Origin: a virus
DNA: 64,000 nucleotides
Strand: one strand, 5' to 3'
Virus record (IMG/VR): IMGVR_UViG_3300013104_000002
Span: 64,001 to 128,000 of that record
Shown here piece by piece: positions 29,740 through 38,859 of this stretch. Below the pieces are notes generated by a model. That model ran no database searches, had not been told where the DNA came from, and was given only the letters and a program-made list of their open reading frames with translations. Both the position numbers and the translations under genes were made by a program. The first letter of the stretch is position 1; the number at the start of each line of letters is the position of its first letter.

Positions 29740-30444
29740 ATGAGAGAGTTAAAAAATGACATTCATTACAAAATCACTTTAGACGAAGATCAAAAATTAG
29801 TTAAATCTGATATTTATGATAAAGAAATTGTTGTGATTTCAGGAAGAGCAGGATCAGGTAAAAGTTTAGTAGTTGCACAAACGGTACTTGATTTAATTTT
29901 TAAAGGATACGTAGATAAGGTGTATGTAACCCGTGCAGCAGTTGAGGTTGGTAAAAGTTTAGGATTTCTTCCTGGTGAGCTTTCTTCAAAATTCGATCCC
30001 TATATTGAGGCATTTAGAGATAATTTATATGCGTGTTATGATAAGAATAAAGTTGATAAGCATCTTACTCATCTAAGTGGAGGTGAAGAAAATAAAGACA
30101 AAAATGCTAATAAAACTACAGTTGCAAAAATTGAAGGTATACCAACACAATATATCCGAGGAAAAACAATAGGGAACAGAGAGGTATTAGTAATAGAAGA
30201 AGGTCAAAATTTAACTGAGTTTGAAATGGAGGCTTTATTAACTCGCCTAGGAAAAGGAGGTAGAATTGTAATTAATGGAGATAATGCACAAAAAGATATC
30301 AGAGAAACTTATACTGGATTAGATTTTGCTATAGAATTAGCTAAAAATATTGAAGGCATTGCTTATCATAAATTGAAATCAAATCACAGGTCAGATTTAG
30401 TTGGTAAAATACTAGATTATAAATATAATAAAGTTTCTAAATAA
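29740..30444 (+). CDS. phoH: PhoH family ATPase
   Basis: GRAGSGKS, VTRAAVE, LGFLPG, YIRGKT, IEEGQN, LTRLG, NGD.AQ.D, HRS. Confidence 0.95.
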   Translation: MRELKNDIHYKITLDEDQKLVKSDIYDKEIVVISGRAGSGKSLVVAQTVLDLIFKGYVDKVYVTRAAVEVGKSLGFLPGELSSKFDPYIEAFRDNLYACYDKNKVDKHLTHLSGGEENKDKNANKTTVAKIEGIPTQYIRGKTIGNREVLVIEEGQNLTEFEMEALLTRLGKGGRIVINGDNAQKDIRETYTGLDFAIELAKNIEGIAYHKLKSNHRSDLVGKILDYKYNKVSK

Positions 30445-30447
30445 ATA

Positions 30448-30479
30448 TTTGCATAATTAAAATAAAAGTATTATATTTG
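30448..30479 (+). promoter_or_regulatory. Bacteroidota promoter driving the non-coding region
   Basis: TTTG-N20-TATATTTG. Confidence 0.8.
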
Positions 30480-30485
30480 CAGTAT

Positions 30486-30980
30486 AAAGATTGAGAAAAT
30501 AAAGTGTGGCTCTTATAGATTAGTTGCGGGTTGATCAGTGTTCCGCGTAAAAAATTAACGAGTCGGCGCAAGTTTAGCTTAGAAATAAGTTCCAAGTATC
30601 ACGAAGGCTGGATTAAATAAACTAAAAAACTCTAACCATAATCAATTTTTAACAGAAACAGAAGTTGCCCCAAAATAAATATTCGTAACGTTAAATCGTA
30701 ATAGGCGCACGAAGGAGTTATTCCGCGATATTTATCTTCTGTTTTTATTATTTTGCGCGAAATCTAAAAAATATAAAGATCAAGCAGTTGTATATATTTC
30801 AGAATTAGGATCGTAATTACGCAACTTAAAATAAGTAATTCAAAGAAGACTATGAGTTTTTGACGGTTGAGCCTTTAAAACTGTTCCCTTCCTGCCGATG
30901 AGAATGGCTTATTTGGGTTAAAATAATAAAATAACGTATAGAAAGTAAGGGAGTGAAAAGCTTGAAAGTAGCTCCCTTTT
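30486..30980 (+). ncRNA. Cluster of putative structured RNAs (about three units)
   Basis: ~500 nt with no credible ORF and locally higher GC; nested stems AAAGATTGA/TCAATTTTT, GGCTC/GAGTC, GCGG/CCGC, GCTTA-gaaa-TAAGT, AAACAGAAG/CTTCTGTTT, ACGGTT/AACTGT and AAGGGAGT/GCTCCCTT. Confidence 0.6.
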
Positions 30981-30992
30981 AAATTAAAAATT

Positions 30993-31136
30993 ATGACAAA
31001 ATTCACTAAAGGCTTCACTTATTTTTATAATGGTCGGAAATTAAAAGATTTCGATGAGTGGGAAAAATATTTTAAGAAAGCTCCAACAACAGTAACTACA
31101 ATAATTAAAAACCTAGAAGTGCATTTATATGATTAA
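30993..31136 (+). CDS. Small hypothetical protein
   Basis: MTKFTKGFTYFYNGRK...HLYD*; below the ORF-track size cut-off; overlaps the next start. Confidence 0.45.
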   Translation: MTKFTKGFTYFYNGRKLKDFDEWEKYFKKAPTTVTTIIKNLEVHLYD

Positions 31137-31623
31137 TTTTACAGAAAGTAATACAGGAGGAATAATTTTTATTTCAAATTTAGGTTTTTCCACAGAACAA
31201 AGTAAAAAAGAACAAGAAATGGGACACCGATTATATGATGAAGCCAGAGAGCAACAAAATAAAATACAATATAAAAACTACTTAACTTCTAAAGAATTAA
31301 GTGACATGGAAGAAGTAAAAGAAACAGGAGTAAAACTAAACCAAGGAAAACCAGAACTATCTTTGTTATTTAAACAGTTCCCAAAAGCTTTAGAGGCAAT
31401 TGCTAAATGTTCCGAATATGGTCATACTAAATATAAAGAAACAGATACAGATTATTTGAATTTTAAGCGTGTTCCAGGAGGAAGTAAAGCCTATGCAGAT
31501 GCTGGATTAAGGCACAGACTTTTTAAGGAAGGAACAACAGATTTAGATAGTCAATTACCACATTCTTTCCATACTGCATGGAATGCTTTGGCGGAGTTAG
31601 AACTTATACTAGAAAATAAATAA
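31129..31623 (+). CDS. dATP/dGTP diphosphohydrolase (DUF5664-like)
   Basis: GVKLNQGKP...EYG..KY...N.K.V...YADA..RH...D.DS.LPH..H.AWNALA.LEL. Confidence 0.8.
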   Translation: MINFTESNTGGIIFISNLGFSTEQSKKEQEMGHRLYDEAREQQNKIQYKNYLTSKELSDMEEVKETGVKLNQGKPELSLLFKQFPKALEAIAKCSEYGHTKYKETDTDYLNFKRVPGGSKAYADAGLRHRLFKEGTTDLDSQLPHSFHTAWNALAELELILENK

Positions 31624-31799
31624 AATTAATTATGAGACTAAAAGTCCATCTAATATCACAATCTAAGCCTGTAGAGCATATAGAAGTTATAAATACATAT
31701 ATAAAATCAGGTATGTATTGTATTTTATTACCTAATGAAGAGGTATATAAATATCCAATGATAAATATATTTAGAGTAATTGAAAATTAATAAAAAAGA

Positions 31800-32273
31800 A
31801 TGACAAAAATTAAACTATTATATCTAACTAAAGTAGGTATACGACCAAACGAAATCGGCGAAAAAAGAATTCAAAATGCTTTAGAAAAAGAAAAATCAGC
31901 AGGTAAAACAGATGGTATGCCTCTAAGTTTCTATATAGAAAATAATTTAAGACCGCCAGATGATGTTGAAGACGATCAATCAGAGATAGATGAAGACGGA
32001 AATATTACTTTACAAGACCATGAAATGGAGTCATTTTATACTGAAGCTATTCTAAACCTGGAAGATTTCTCTATGGTAGTTGATGATGAAATGGAAGGAG
32101 CAACCGTTTACACTAAATCAGGTGCTTTTATCAATGTTGAACAAGATTCAGATGATGTGCATGCCCAGATAGAGTATTTAAATAGAGGTTGGGCGGAAAG
32201 AGTTAAAGACTGGATTCAACAACAGATAAGAATATATAGATACAGAAAACAACAAAAAAAGTTGCACAAGTAA
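31800..32273 (+). CDS. Acidic hypothetical protein
   Basis: 157 aa. Confidence 0.6.
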   Translation: MTKIKLLYLTKVGIRPNEIGEKRIQNALEKEKSAGKTDGMPLSFYIENNLRPPDDVEDDQSEIDEDGNITLQDHEMESFYTEAILNLEDFSMVVDDEMEGATVYTKSGAFINVEQDSDDVHAQIEYLNRGWAERVKDWIQQQIRIYRYRKQQKKLHK

Positions 32274-32292
32274 AATAAAAGTAGTATATTTG
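32262..32292 (+). promoter_or_regulatory. Bacteroidota promoter
   Basis: TTG-N20-TATATTTG. Confidence 0.75.
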
Positions 32293-32483
32293 CATTAAAT
32301 AAATATAAAAATGGAAAGATTAGTAACACACACTATTGAAGAAAAAAGAGACGGAAAGAAGATAGTTAGAAATTTCTTCTTTAATGAAGATAAGACAAAC
32401 TGGCTAGAAAAAGCCCAATCTTACTTTACAAAACATCAAAAGAAAGTAGCAAAATTAAAACATAAAAATCAAATTAAATAAAA

Positions 32484-33206
32484 ATGGCGTTAGAGAAAAA
32501 TTATCTACAACTTGAATTTGGAACGGGGTTGTTCTTCGACTACAGTGGTGAGGAGAAACAAGGTTATGAAAAACACACATCATCAAAAGGAAATGTGTCT
32601 TATAGAAAGTATTATAAAGACGGAGTATCAGGAGTATTAGAATCTGTTTCTATCTATCAGGGAAAATTCGGAAATCAAATTTCTATGAATATTAAAGATG
32701 GGGAAAAAGTATTTTATGTTCCTGTAGATATTGCAGACCAAAAAGGTAATGTCGATACATATGCGGAAAGCTTGACTAAATTATTACCTCAATTAGTAAA
32801 AGGTAAAACTGTAACTGTAAAAGCTTATAATTTTACTCCAGAAGGCGAAAAATATGCTAAAATTGGAGTTTCTATTACTCAAGACGGGGAGAAATTAAAA
32901 AGTGCTCTTACAAATGCTTATTACAAGGAAGGTAAACTGGTTGAAGGAGATATTCCAGCTATTGTTTGGAAGGAAGATGCTTTAGGTAAAAAGAAACCAT
33001 CTGCGGTATCGTTAGAAGCCAAAAACGATTATCTACTTAATGTAATTAAGGAACAGACAGAAAGATTAAAATGGGTTCAAGGTGAAAACCAAACTCCAGA
33101 TACATCCACTAAATCCGATCCAAAAGCAGTAAAACCTGTTGCTCCTAGCGACGCATTTGAACCAGCCACAAATGTAAATACTGATTATGAAAATTTACCT
33201 TTCTGA
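32484..33206 (+). CDS. Single-stranded DNA-binding protein (putative)
   Basis: 240 aa; OB-like core, flexible tail ending DYENLPF. Confidence 0.7.
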   Translation: MALEKNYLQLEFGTGLFFDYSGEEKQGYEKHTSSKGNVSYRKYYKDGVSGVLESVSIYQGKFGNQISMNIKDGEKVFYVPVDIADQKGNVDTYAESLTKLLPQLVKGKTVTVKAYNFTPEGEKYAKIGVSITQDGEKLKSALTNAYYKEGKLVEGDIPAIVWKEDALGKKKPSAVSLEAKNDYLLNVIKEQTERLKWVQGENQTPDTSTKSDPKAVKPVAPSDAFEPATNVNTDYENLPF

Positions 33207-33207
33207 T

Positions 33208-33733
33208 ATGAGTAATCAGATTTGTAAAAAATGCTTTCTAAATAAATCTTTTGAAGAATATTATAATCAACCTAATTCAAAATCAGGTATTCAAACAACA
33301 TGCAAATCTTGTGTAAAAGAAAGAGTAAAAATTAGACATCATAAGGTTAAGTCAAAACTCAGAATTTGTTGAAAAGGAAAGAATTAGACACAAAGAGAAA
33401 TACTCCAGATTAGGGTATAAAGACTCTCAAAAAGAATGGGATAAAGATAAACCTTGGAAAAATTCACGAATTTATAAATCTCTTAGAAAAAATTACCCAG
33501 ATTTAAATAATAATCTTGAATTACACCATTGGAATTATAATGACGAATTTTTAGAAGATATTTTTATTTTAGATGTTAAGGAACACAAAAGTTTACATAG
33601 ATACCTAAAATTAGATATTGAAAAAAGACTGTTTTATTTAGAAAATGGAACTTACTTAGATAGTAGAGAGAAACATAAGAATTTTATAGAAAGTTTAGAT
33701 TTTAAAATTATTGAGTATACTCCTGTCATGTAA
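33208..33733 (+). pseudogene. Frameshifted HNH endonuclease
   Basis: N-terminal CKKC..CKSC in frame 1; a +1 shift near AAGGTTA (~33345) gives ...LELHHWNYN...EHKSLH... ending at the TAA at 33733. Confidence 0.75.
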
Positions 33734-33750
33734 AAAGTGATGGGAGTTTA
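33720..33750 (+). terminator. Rho-independent terminator
   Basis: CTCCTGTCA/TGATGGGAG stem followed by TTT. Confidence 0.55.
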
Positions 33751-33765
33751 AATTAAAAACAAAAA

Positions 33766-34173
33766 ATGACACAAGAAAAAGAAATAGTTAATAAATACGA
33801 TTATATTTACGATAAAGATCAAGTAATTGCTATAAATGGAAACGCTTTATTAAGTTTTATGACGTTCCTGGAGCAAGTAGTTGAAAAAGAACCAAAAATT
33901 GCCGCTTTAAGAGTTTACCCAAAAGAAACTTCTGAAATTAGAGATGAAAAAGGAGAATTGGTTAAGGTAGAGGTAAATTGGGAAGAGCATAACCCAAACA
34001 GTTTCTTTTTTACTGCCGCAGATAATAACGGAGGTGTACCAATAATGACTGAAATAGCTTTAAAAGCCGAACAATTATTACATGCCTTTACTTTAATTCA
34101 CCAGGAAAATATCAACAACAAAATCGCCAAAAAACAACAAGATATAAATGCAGCAAACATTTTTAAAGCATAG
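33766..34173 (+). CDS. Hypothetical protein
   Basis: 135 aa. Confidence 0.6.
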   Translation: MTQEKEIVNKYDYIYDKDQVIAINGNALLSFMTFLEQVVEKEPKIAALRVYPKETSEIRDEKGELVKVEVNWEEHNPNSFFFTAADNNGGVPIMTEIALKAEQLLHAFTLIHQENINNKIAKKQQDINAANIFKA

Positions 34174-34372
34174 TGAATACCTGAAAAGAATAAAAAAATT
34201 ACTTAGTGCAGATTTTGTAGGCTGGGTAACAGAAGGTAGTAAAAAATCCCTAAAGATTAAGGTAGGTAAGAACGAGCATTATTTACCTCTTGAAGGGGAA
34301 ATTATAAATGAAGAAACTTATAGAGATTTGATTACTAAAATACTAAGTCCCGATGAAAGAAGAGAATTATAA
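34148..34372 (+). CDS. Hypothetical protein
   Basis: 74 aa, coupled. Confidence 0.55.
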   Translation: MQQTFLKHSEYLKRIKKLLSADFVGWVTEGSKKSLKIKVGKNEHYLPLEGEIINEETYRDLITKILSPDERREL

Positions 34373-34509
34373 AAAACTATATACCTACCTGTTGGAGCAA
34401 GGAGAGATTCGTCGAATGAAAAGAATGACAGGAAATTGGGAGCAGGATCGCGAAAAATTTATTAAATACCAAACAGAACTAGAAAACCAAGCTAACATAA
34501 TAAACGTAG

Positions 34510-36072
34510 ATGAAGCCGAATAATATATTAATTGACGATCAAAAATTACTAGATGAAGGGTTTATGTTATCTTGTTATGCTATTCAAAGGACGTTAGGAG
34601 CAGAAGGAAGATTAGCTTTATTGGATAATGTAGATAAATTACCAAAATCAACCAAAGATGGTGTTGGAATTATTAGGCACATTAGATTTCCTAATAAAAC
34701 AATGAATTTTGGAGCATTACAGGCTATTGCTGGCTCTCTAAGAACATTAGAATTATGTGGAGATGCAACTACTACGACAGCTGTCTTTATGTTGGGTTAC
34801 ATGAAAAACATAAAAAGAAAGTATTTTAATAAAGCAGTTGAGAGAGGCATTCATATTGGAGTCAAGGAAGCTTATGAACACTTAGATATGTTATCAAAAA
34901 CAGCTACTCCAAATGACTTGCTTAGAATAGCCAGGGTTGCGTGTAATAATGATGAAAAATTAGCCAATACTTTAATAGAGGCTTTTGATTATGCAGGAGA
35001 AGATGGAGTAGTAAGCTATTCAGTAAAAGAAAATAAAGAATTTACGGAGTTTGTAGCAAGAGATGGAATGTTTTTAGACACTCATGGTTATACAAGTCCC
35101 TTTTTTATTAATAAAGAAGATAAACAAGCTTGTTTTGAAGGAGAGAAAGTTGCTGTCATATGTAGTGCAACGTGGGAATACTCTCAACACATAATTAATC
35201 AAATCCAATTATTCTATAGTCAAAATATTCCAAGATCTACACCTCTTATAGTGTTTATTGAAAGATCTAACTCTGATATGACTGAAAAACTAGTTTCTTT
35301 AAAGGAAGTAGGATTTAATATATGTTTAGTTGCAACTAGTGGATATGATGAATTTGAAAGTGAAACCCTTTTAAACGATGTGGCTAATTTTACAGGAGCT
35401 TCAGTTTACAATCCTAGGAATCCAGATTCAAAAGTAATCTTTGGGGTAGCAGATAAAATATGTGTTACCTTAGAAAACACCAGCATTGTAGTAAATGATG
35501 TTCCAAAAATATTTAAAGAAAGTTTAGAAAAATTAGAAAAATCTGAAAAACCAGACCCGAGACGTATAAAAAGATTAAAAACAAGAGCTGCTATAATTGA
35601 AGTAGGAGGTTTAAACTTACAAAATGCAGTGGAGATTGGAGACAGAATCGAAGATGGTATTGGAGCTATAAAAAGTGCTAAAAAAAGTGGTTTTGTTGTA
35701 GGAGGAGGAGCTGCTCTAGTCTTTATCAGTAATCTAATGACTAAAAGAATTAACAACAAGGAGGAACAAAGAGGATACGACTTAGTAAAAACTGTACTTA
35801 AACAACCTATGTTAGCCATCCTGGAAAACTCTAATAGAAAACAGCCTAAATTTTATGAGTTCTGGAAGAAAGACTATTTAGGTGAGGCTATGAAAAAATA
35901 TGGAAGGGGTTATAATGCTATTACTGATGAAATTACTAATTTATTAGATGATGGTATTATTGACAGTAAATATTCTTTAAAAGTAGCATTGGAGTCAGCT
36001 ACGGAAAGGGCAATACAGCAGTTAAATACAAGTATTATTATACACTTTCCAGAAAATCAAAGTTTAGATTAA
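34510..36072 (+). CDS. groEL: GroEL-like chaperonin
   Basis: TLGAEGR, STKDGV, GDATTT, ACNND, DRIEDG, GFVVGGGAAL, GYNA and GIID motifs. Confidence 0.93.
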   Translation: MKPNNILIDDQKLLDEGFMLSCYAIQRTLGAEGRLALLDNVDKLPKSTKDGVGIIRHIRFPNKTMNFGALQAIAGSLRTLELCGDATTTTAVFMLGYMKNIKRKYFNKAVERGIHIGVKEAYEHLDMLSKTATPNDLLRIARVACNNDEKLANTLIEAFDYAGEDGVVSYSVKENKEFTEFVARDGMFLDTHGYTSPFFINKEDKQACFEGEKVAVICSATWEYSQHIINQIQLFYSQNIPRSTPLIVFIERSNSDMTEKLVSLKEVGFNICLVATSGYDEFESETLLNDVANFTGASVYNPRNPDSKVIFGVADKICVTLENTSIVVNDVPKIFKESLEKLEKSEKPDPRRIKRLKTRAAIIEVGGLNLQNAVEIGDRIEDGIGAIKSAKKSGFVVGGGAALVFISNLMTKRINNKEEQRGYDLVKTVLKQPMLAILENSNRKQPKFYEFWKKDYLGEAMKKYGRGYNAITDEITNLLDDGIIDSKYSLKVALESATERAIQQLNTSIIIHFPENQSLD

Positions 36073-36122
36073 CAAAGTTTAAGAGAAAATGAGTAACTCA
36101 GGTGAAAATTTTCTCTTTTTTA

Positions 36123-36154
36123 TTTGTGTATATAAAAAATAATTACTATATTTG
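36123..36154 (+). promoter_or_regulatory. Bacteroidota promoter
   Basis: TTTG-N20-TATATTTG. Confidence 0.75.
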
Positions 36155-36335
36155 CTATATTAAAATTAAAAATTATGAAAAATTACACAAGAGACGAGTT
36201 AATAGCATTTGGTAAAAATTGTTTTTATAAAGGTTTTGATAAAGGTTTTGATAAAGCAGAAAACTACGATGTTAATTGTTTCACAGCTTGGAGGGAAGAA
36301 ATAGAAAATTTACTTTCTAACCTATACTCAGAAGA

Positions 36336-36533
36336 ATGTTAGTACGCTTAGAAAAAATCAGAAAAACCAATAGTAGTCTAGTCATAGATGAAGTTGGTAA
36401 ATTACTTGGTAAGATCAGAGAGGATTTGTTTATAGATTGTATTTTAGATAGAGATTTATTAGAGGAAGATGAATATTATTATTTTTGGGTTGATAAACAT
36501 AAGCTAAATAAATGTTTGATAAAAATTATATAA
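36336..36533 (+). CDS. Hypothetical protein
   Basis: 65 aa. Confidence 0.5.
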   Translation: MLVRLEKIRKTNSSLVIDEVGKLLGKIREDLFIDCILDRDLLEEDEYYYFWVDKHKLNKCLIKII

Positions 36534-36613
36534 AATAAAAATAAAATTATGTAACATAGCTAAATTTTAATAAGCTAGTTTTGCCACATTATTAAAACAA
36601 ATTAAAAACAAAA

Positions 36614-37372
36614 ATGGAAAAAACAAAAGTAACAACAAAAGAATTAATTGGAAGATATAAGTATTTATTAGCTGGCATTACAACTTTATTAATATTTTTT
36701 TCAGTAAGGTCATGTGTGAACAAGCAAAGTGCTATGTTGGCTGGAATTATTTCCAACCAAAAAGAACAAATAGCTAAGCTAGAGGACGGAGTAAAGGTTT
36801 CAGAAAATGATCGGCTTAGAATTAAAGATTCGGCGAGACTTGAAGACATTAAAGCACAAAAATATATTGCTTCACTACAAGACAGAATCAAAAACAGTGA
36901 GAATAAAGTCAATTCATTAGAAACTGACGCTAAAAAAGCTAAAGAAAAAGTAAAAAACTTATCTTACAGTGAATCAGCAAAAGAATTTAATGAAATTTAC
37001 AAAACAAATAATGCGGAAGCTTTAACCACTGGGGTTAATTTAAAAAATAATTTACCTAATTTAGTTCTTGAAACAGTAGTAGGAGCAAATTACGCGCAAG
37101 ATATCATAAAAGAAAAAAATACCCAGTTATTTGCAAAAGACAGTATTATTTTAAATAAAGATTCACAGTTAAAAAACTCATCCCTAGTTCTTCAAGCAAC
37201 AGAAAAAAGTTTAAAAGATAACCAGGAACTAAATAAATTACAAAAAGAGTTTAGTAAAAATCTGGAAAAAGAGAATAAAAAATTAAAGCAAAAAAATACT
37301 TTAAATAAAATACTAGTACCCGCTGCTGCTGTATTAGGGATTATTATCGGAGTTAAAACATCTGGGAAATAA
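36614..37372 (+). CDS. Coiled-coil membrane protein, candidate spanin
   Basis: N-terminal hydrophobic segment ending SVRSC, long coiled coil, C-terminal TM segment. Confidence 0.5.
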   Translation: MEKTKVTTKELIGRYKYLLAGITTLLIFFSVRSCVNKQSAMLAGIISNQKEQIAKLEDGVKVSENDRLRIKDSARLEDIKAQKYIASLQDRIKNSENKVNSLETDAKKAKEKVKNLSYSESAKEFNEIYKTNNAEALTTGVNLKNNLPNLVLETVVGANYAQDIIKEKNTQLFAKDSIILNKDSQLKNSSLVLQATEKSLKDNQELNKLQKEFSKNLEKENKKLKQKNTLNKILVPAAAVLGIIIGVKTSGK

Positions 37373-37629
37373 TGAATTGCTTGACTTATTTATTAGATTT
37401 GTGGCGGAAAGGAGAAAGATTTAAAATCTTATATTCAGGAGATCATTGCATCGGGTATAATTCAGAAGATTATTTTGATTTTGGAAATTACACTTATAAA
37501 AAATCTGAAACTTTTATCTCTTTAGAGAAATGCCACTCCAAAGAAACAGTAATTAAGATATTTGATTTACTACAAAAAGATATTGAGACAATAAATGAAT
37601 ACTACACATATAAAAAAATTAGAGAATAA
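37372..37629 (+). CDS. Hypothetical protein
   Basis: 85 aa. Confidence 0.55.
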   Translation: MNCLTYLLDLWRKGERFKILYSGDHCIGYNSEDYFDFGNYTYKKSETFISLEKCHSKETVIKIFDLLQKDIETINEYYTYKKIRE

Positions 37630-38107
37630 ACTGAATTCAGTGAAAGAAGTAGCGACTTTGACACAATTACAAGATGTAAATACTGATCTAATATTAACTT
37701 TGTGCGGTAATAAAATAGGAGCAGGTAGTTATAGAACAGTCTATGAATATAATTTAGACTCAAAATATGTAATAAAAATAGAACCTAACGCTACAGACGC
37801 AAATATTACGGAATATATTTTGTGGGATGAAATACAAGGATTACAAAAAGAATTAGCTTGGGTTAAAGATTGGTTTGCCCCAGTTCTATGGATAAGTCCT
37901 AATAACAAAATATTAGTAATGCAAAAGACTGAGGAAAAACCTCAAAAGCAAAGACCTAGAGAAGTTCCTGCATTTTTCACAGATTTAAAATACGATAATT
38001 GGGGATGGATAGGAAATAAATTTGTATGTCATGATTATGGGTTCATATATCGGTTTATAAAGTACGAGAAAAAATTTCAAAAAATTAAAAAAGATGCTTG
38101 GTGGTAA
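37595..38107 (+). CDS. Minimal Ser/Thr protein kinase-like protein
   Basis: IGAGSYRTVY (Gly loop), YVIKI (Lys), N.TE, LVMQK, DLKYDN (catalytic loop), DYG. Confidence 0.8.
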   Translation: MNTTHIKKLENKLNSVKEVATLTQLQDVNTDLILTLCGNKIGAGSYRTVYEYNLDSKYVIKIEPNATDANITEYILWDEIQGLQKELAWVKDWFAPVLWISPNNKILVMQKTEEKPQKQRPREVPAFFTDLKYDNWGWIGNKFVCHDYGFIYRFIKYEKKFQKIKKDAWW

Positions 38108-38856
38108 TGAGTAAAACTAAAATTAAAGAAAATAAAACATATTCTACTATATCTTCGGGAACATTTATCGTTACTAAGTATATAGATTGCTTTAATATAG
38201 AAATCTTATTTGAAAATGGTTATAAAACAAAAGTTACGACTTCACAAATAGGAAAAGGAATAATAGGAAACCCTTACTATCCAAAAATTTGCAATGTAGG
38301 TTTTATAGGAGAGGGAAAATACAACTCTACAAACAGTAGGAAAATATATAAGACTTGGTCTTCAATGATTGAGAGAGTATATGGTAAAAATCTTCCAACA
38401 TACAAAGATGTAACTGTTTGCGAAGAATGGCATAACTTTCAAAACTTTGCCAAATGGTTTGAAGAAAATTATAACTATGAAACTATGAAAGATTGGTATT
38501 TAGATAAAGATTTGTTATCAGAAAAAACAAAAATATATTCTTCCGATACTTGCTGTTTTTTGCCACCCGCTATTAATTCACTTATAGGTTTTATACATTC
38601 AGATTTAACTATCAAAGAGTTAAAAAATAGATATTATATAAGAGTTATGGTGGATGGTAATAGAAGGTCATTTGGAGGTTTTTCAACAAAAGAAGAAGCT
38701 TTTGAAAGATACTTAACTGAAAGGAAATTACAAGCGTCAATTATTTTAGATAAGTATAAACAGTATCTTAGTAAGGTGATTTTAAAAAAGTTAAATAGTT
38801 TGGCAGATAATATAGATAAGAAAGTACACATTAAAATAATTAAGGACAATTTATAA
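38107..38856 (+). CDS. HNH homing endonuclease with AP2-like C-terminal domain
   Basis: W.SMI.R, VTVCEEWHNFQNFAKW, LDKDLL...KIYS.DTCCFLP..IN; C-terminal G.F.TKEEAF. Confidence 0.85.
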   Translation: MSKTKIKENKTYSTISSGTFIVTKYIDCFNIEILFENGYKTKVTTSQIGKGIIGNPYYPKICNVGFIGEGKYNSTNSRKIYKTWSSMIERVYGKNLPTYKDVTVCEEWHNFQNFAKWFEENYNYETMKDWYLDKDLLSEKTKIYSSDTCCFLPPAINSLIGFIHSDLTIKELKNRYYIRVMVDGNRRSFGGFSTKEEAFERYLTERKLQASIILDKYKQYLSKVILKKLNSLADNIDKKVHIKIIKDNL

Positions 38857-38859
38857 AAG

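Noticed and set aside
30885-30953. Hammerhead ribozyme (CCGATGAG...GAAA)
   Set aside because: The core reads CCGATGA rather than CTGANGA, and the stems do not bracket the core correctly.
31129-31623. Z-genome (2-aminoadenine) pathway
   Set aside because: No purZ or datZ-like gene was recognised in this window; the diphosphohydrolase alone is insufficient.
36228-36256. 12-bp tandem duplication TAAAGGTTTTGA in a small ORF
   Set aside because: An in-frame local slippage (KGFDKGFDK) with no wider pattern.
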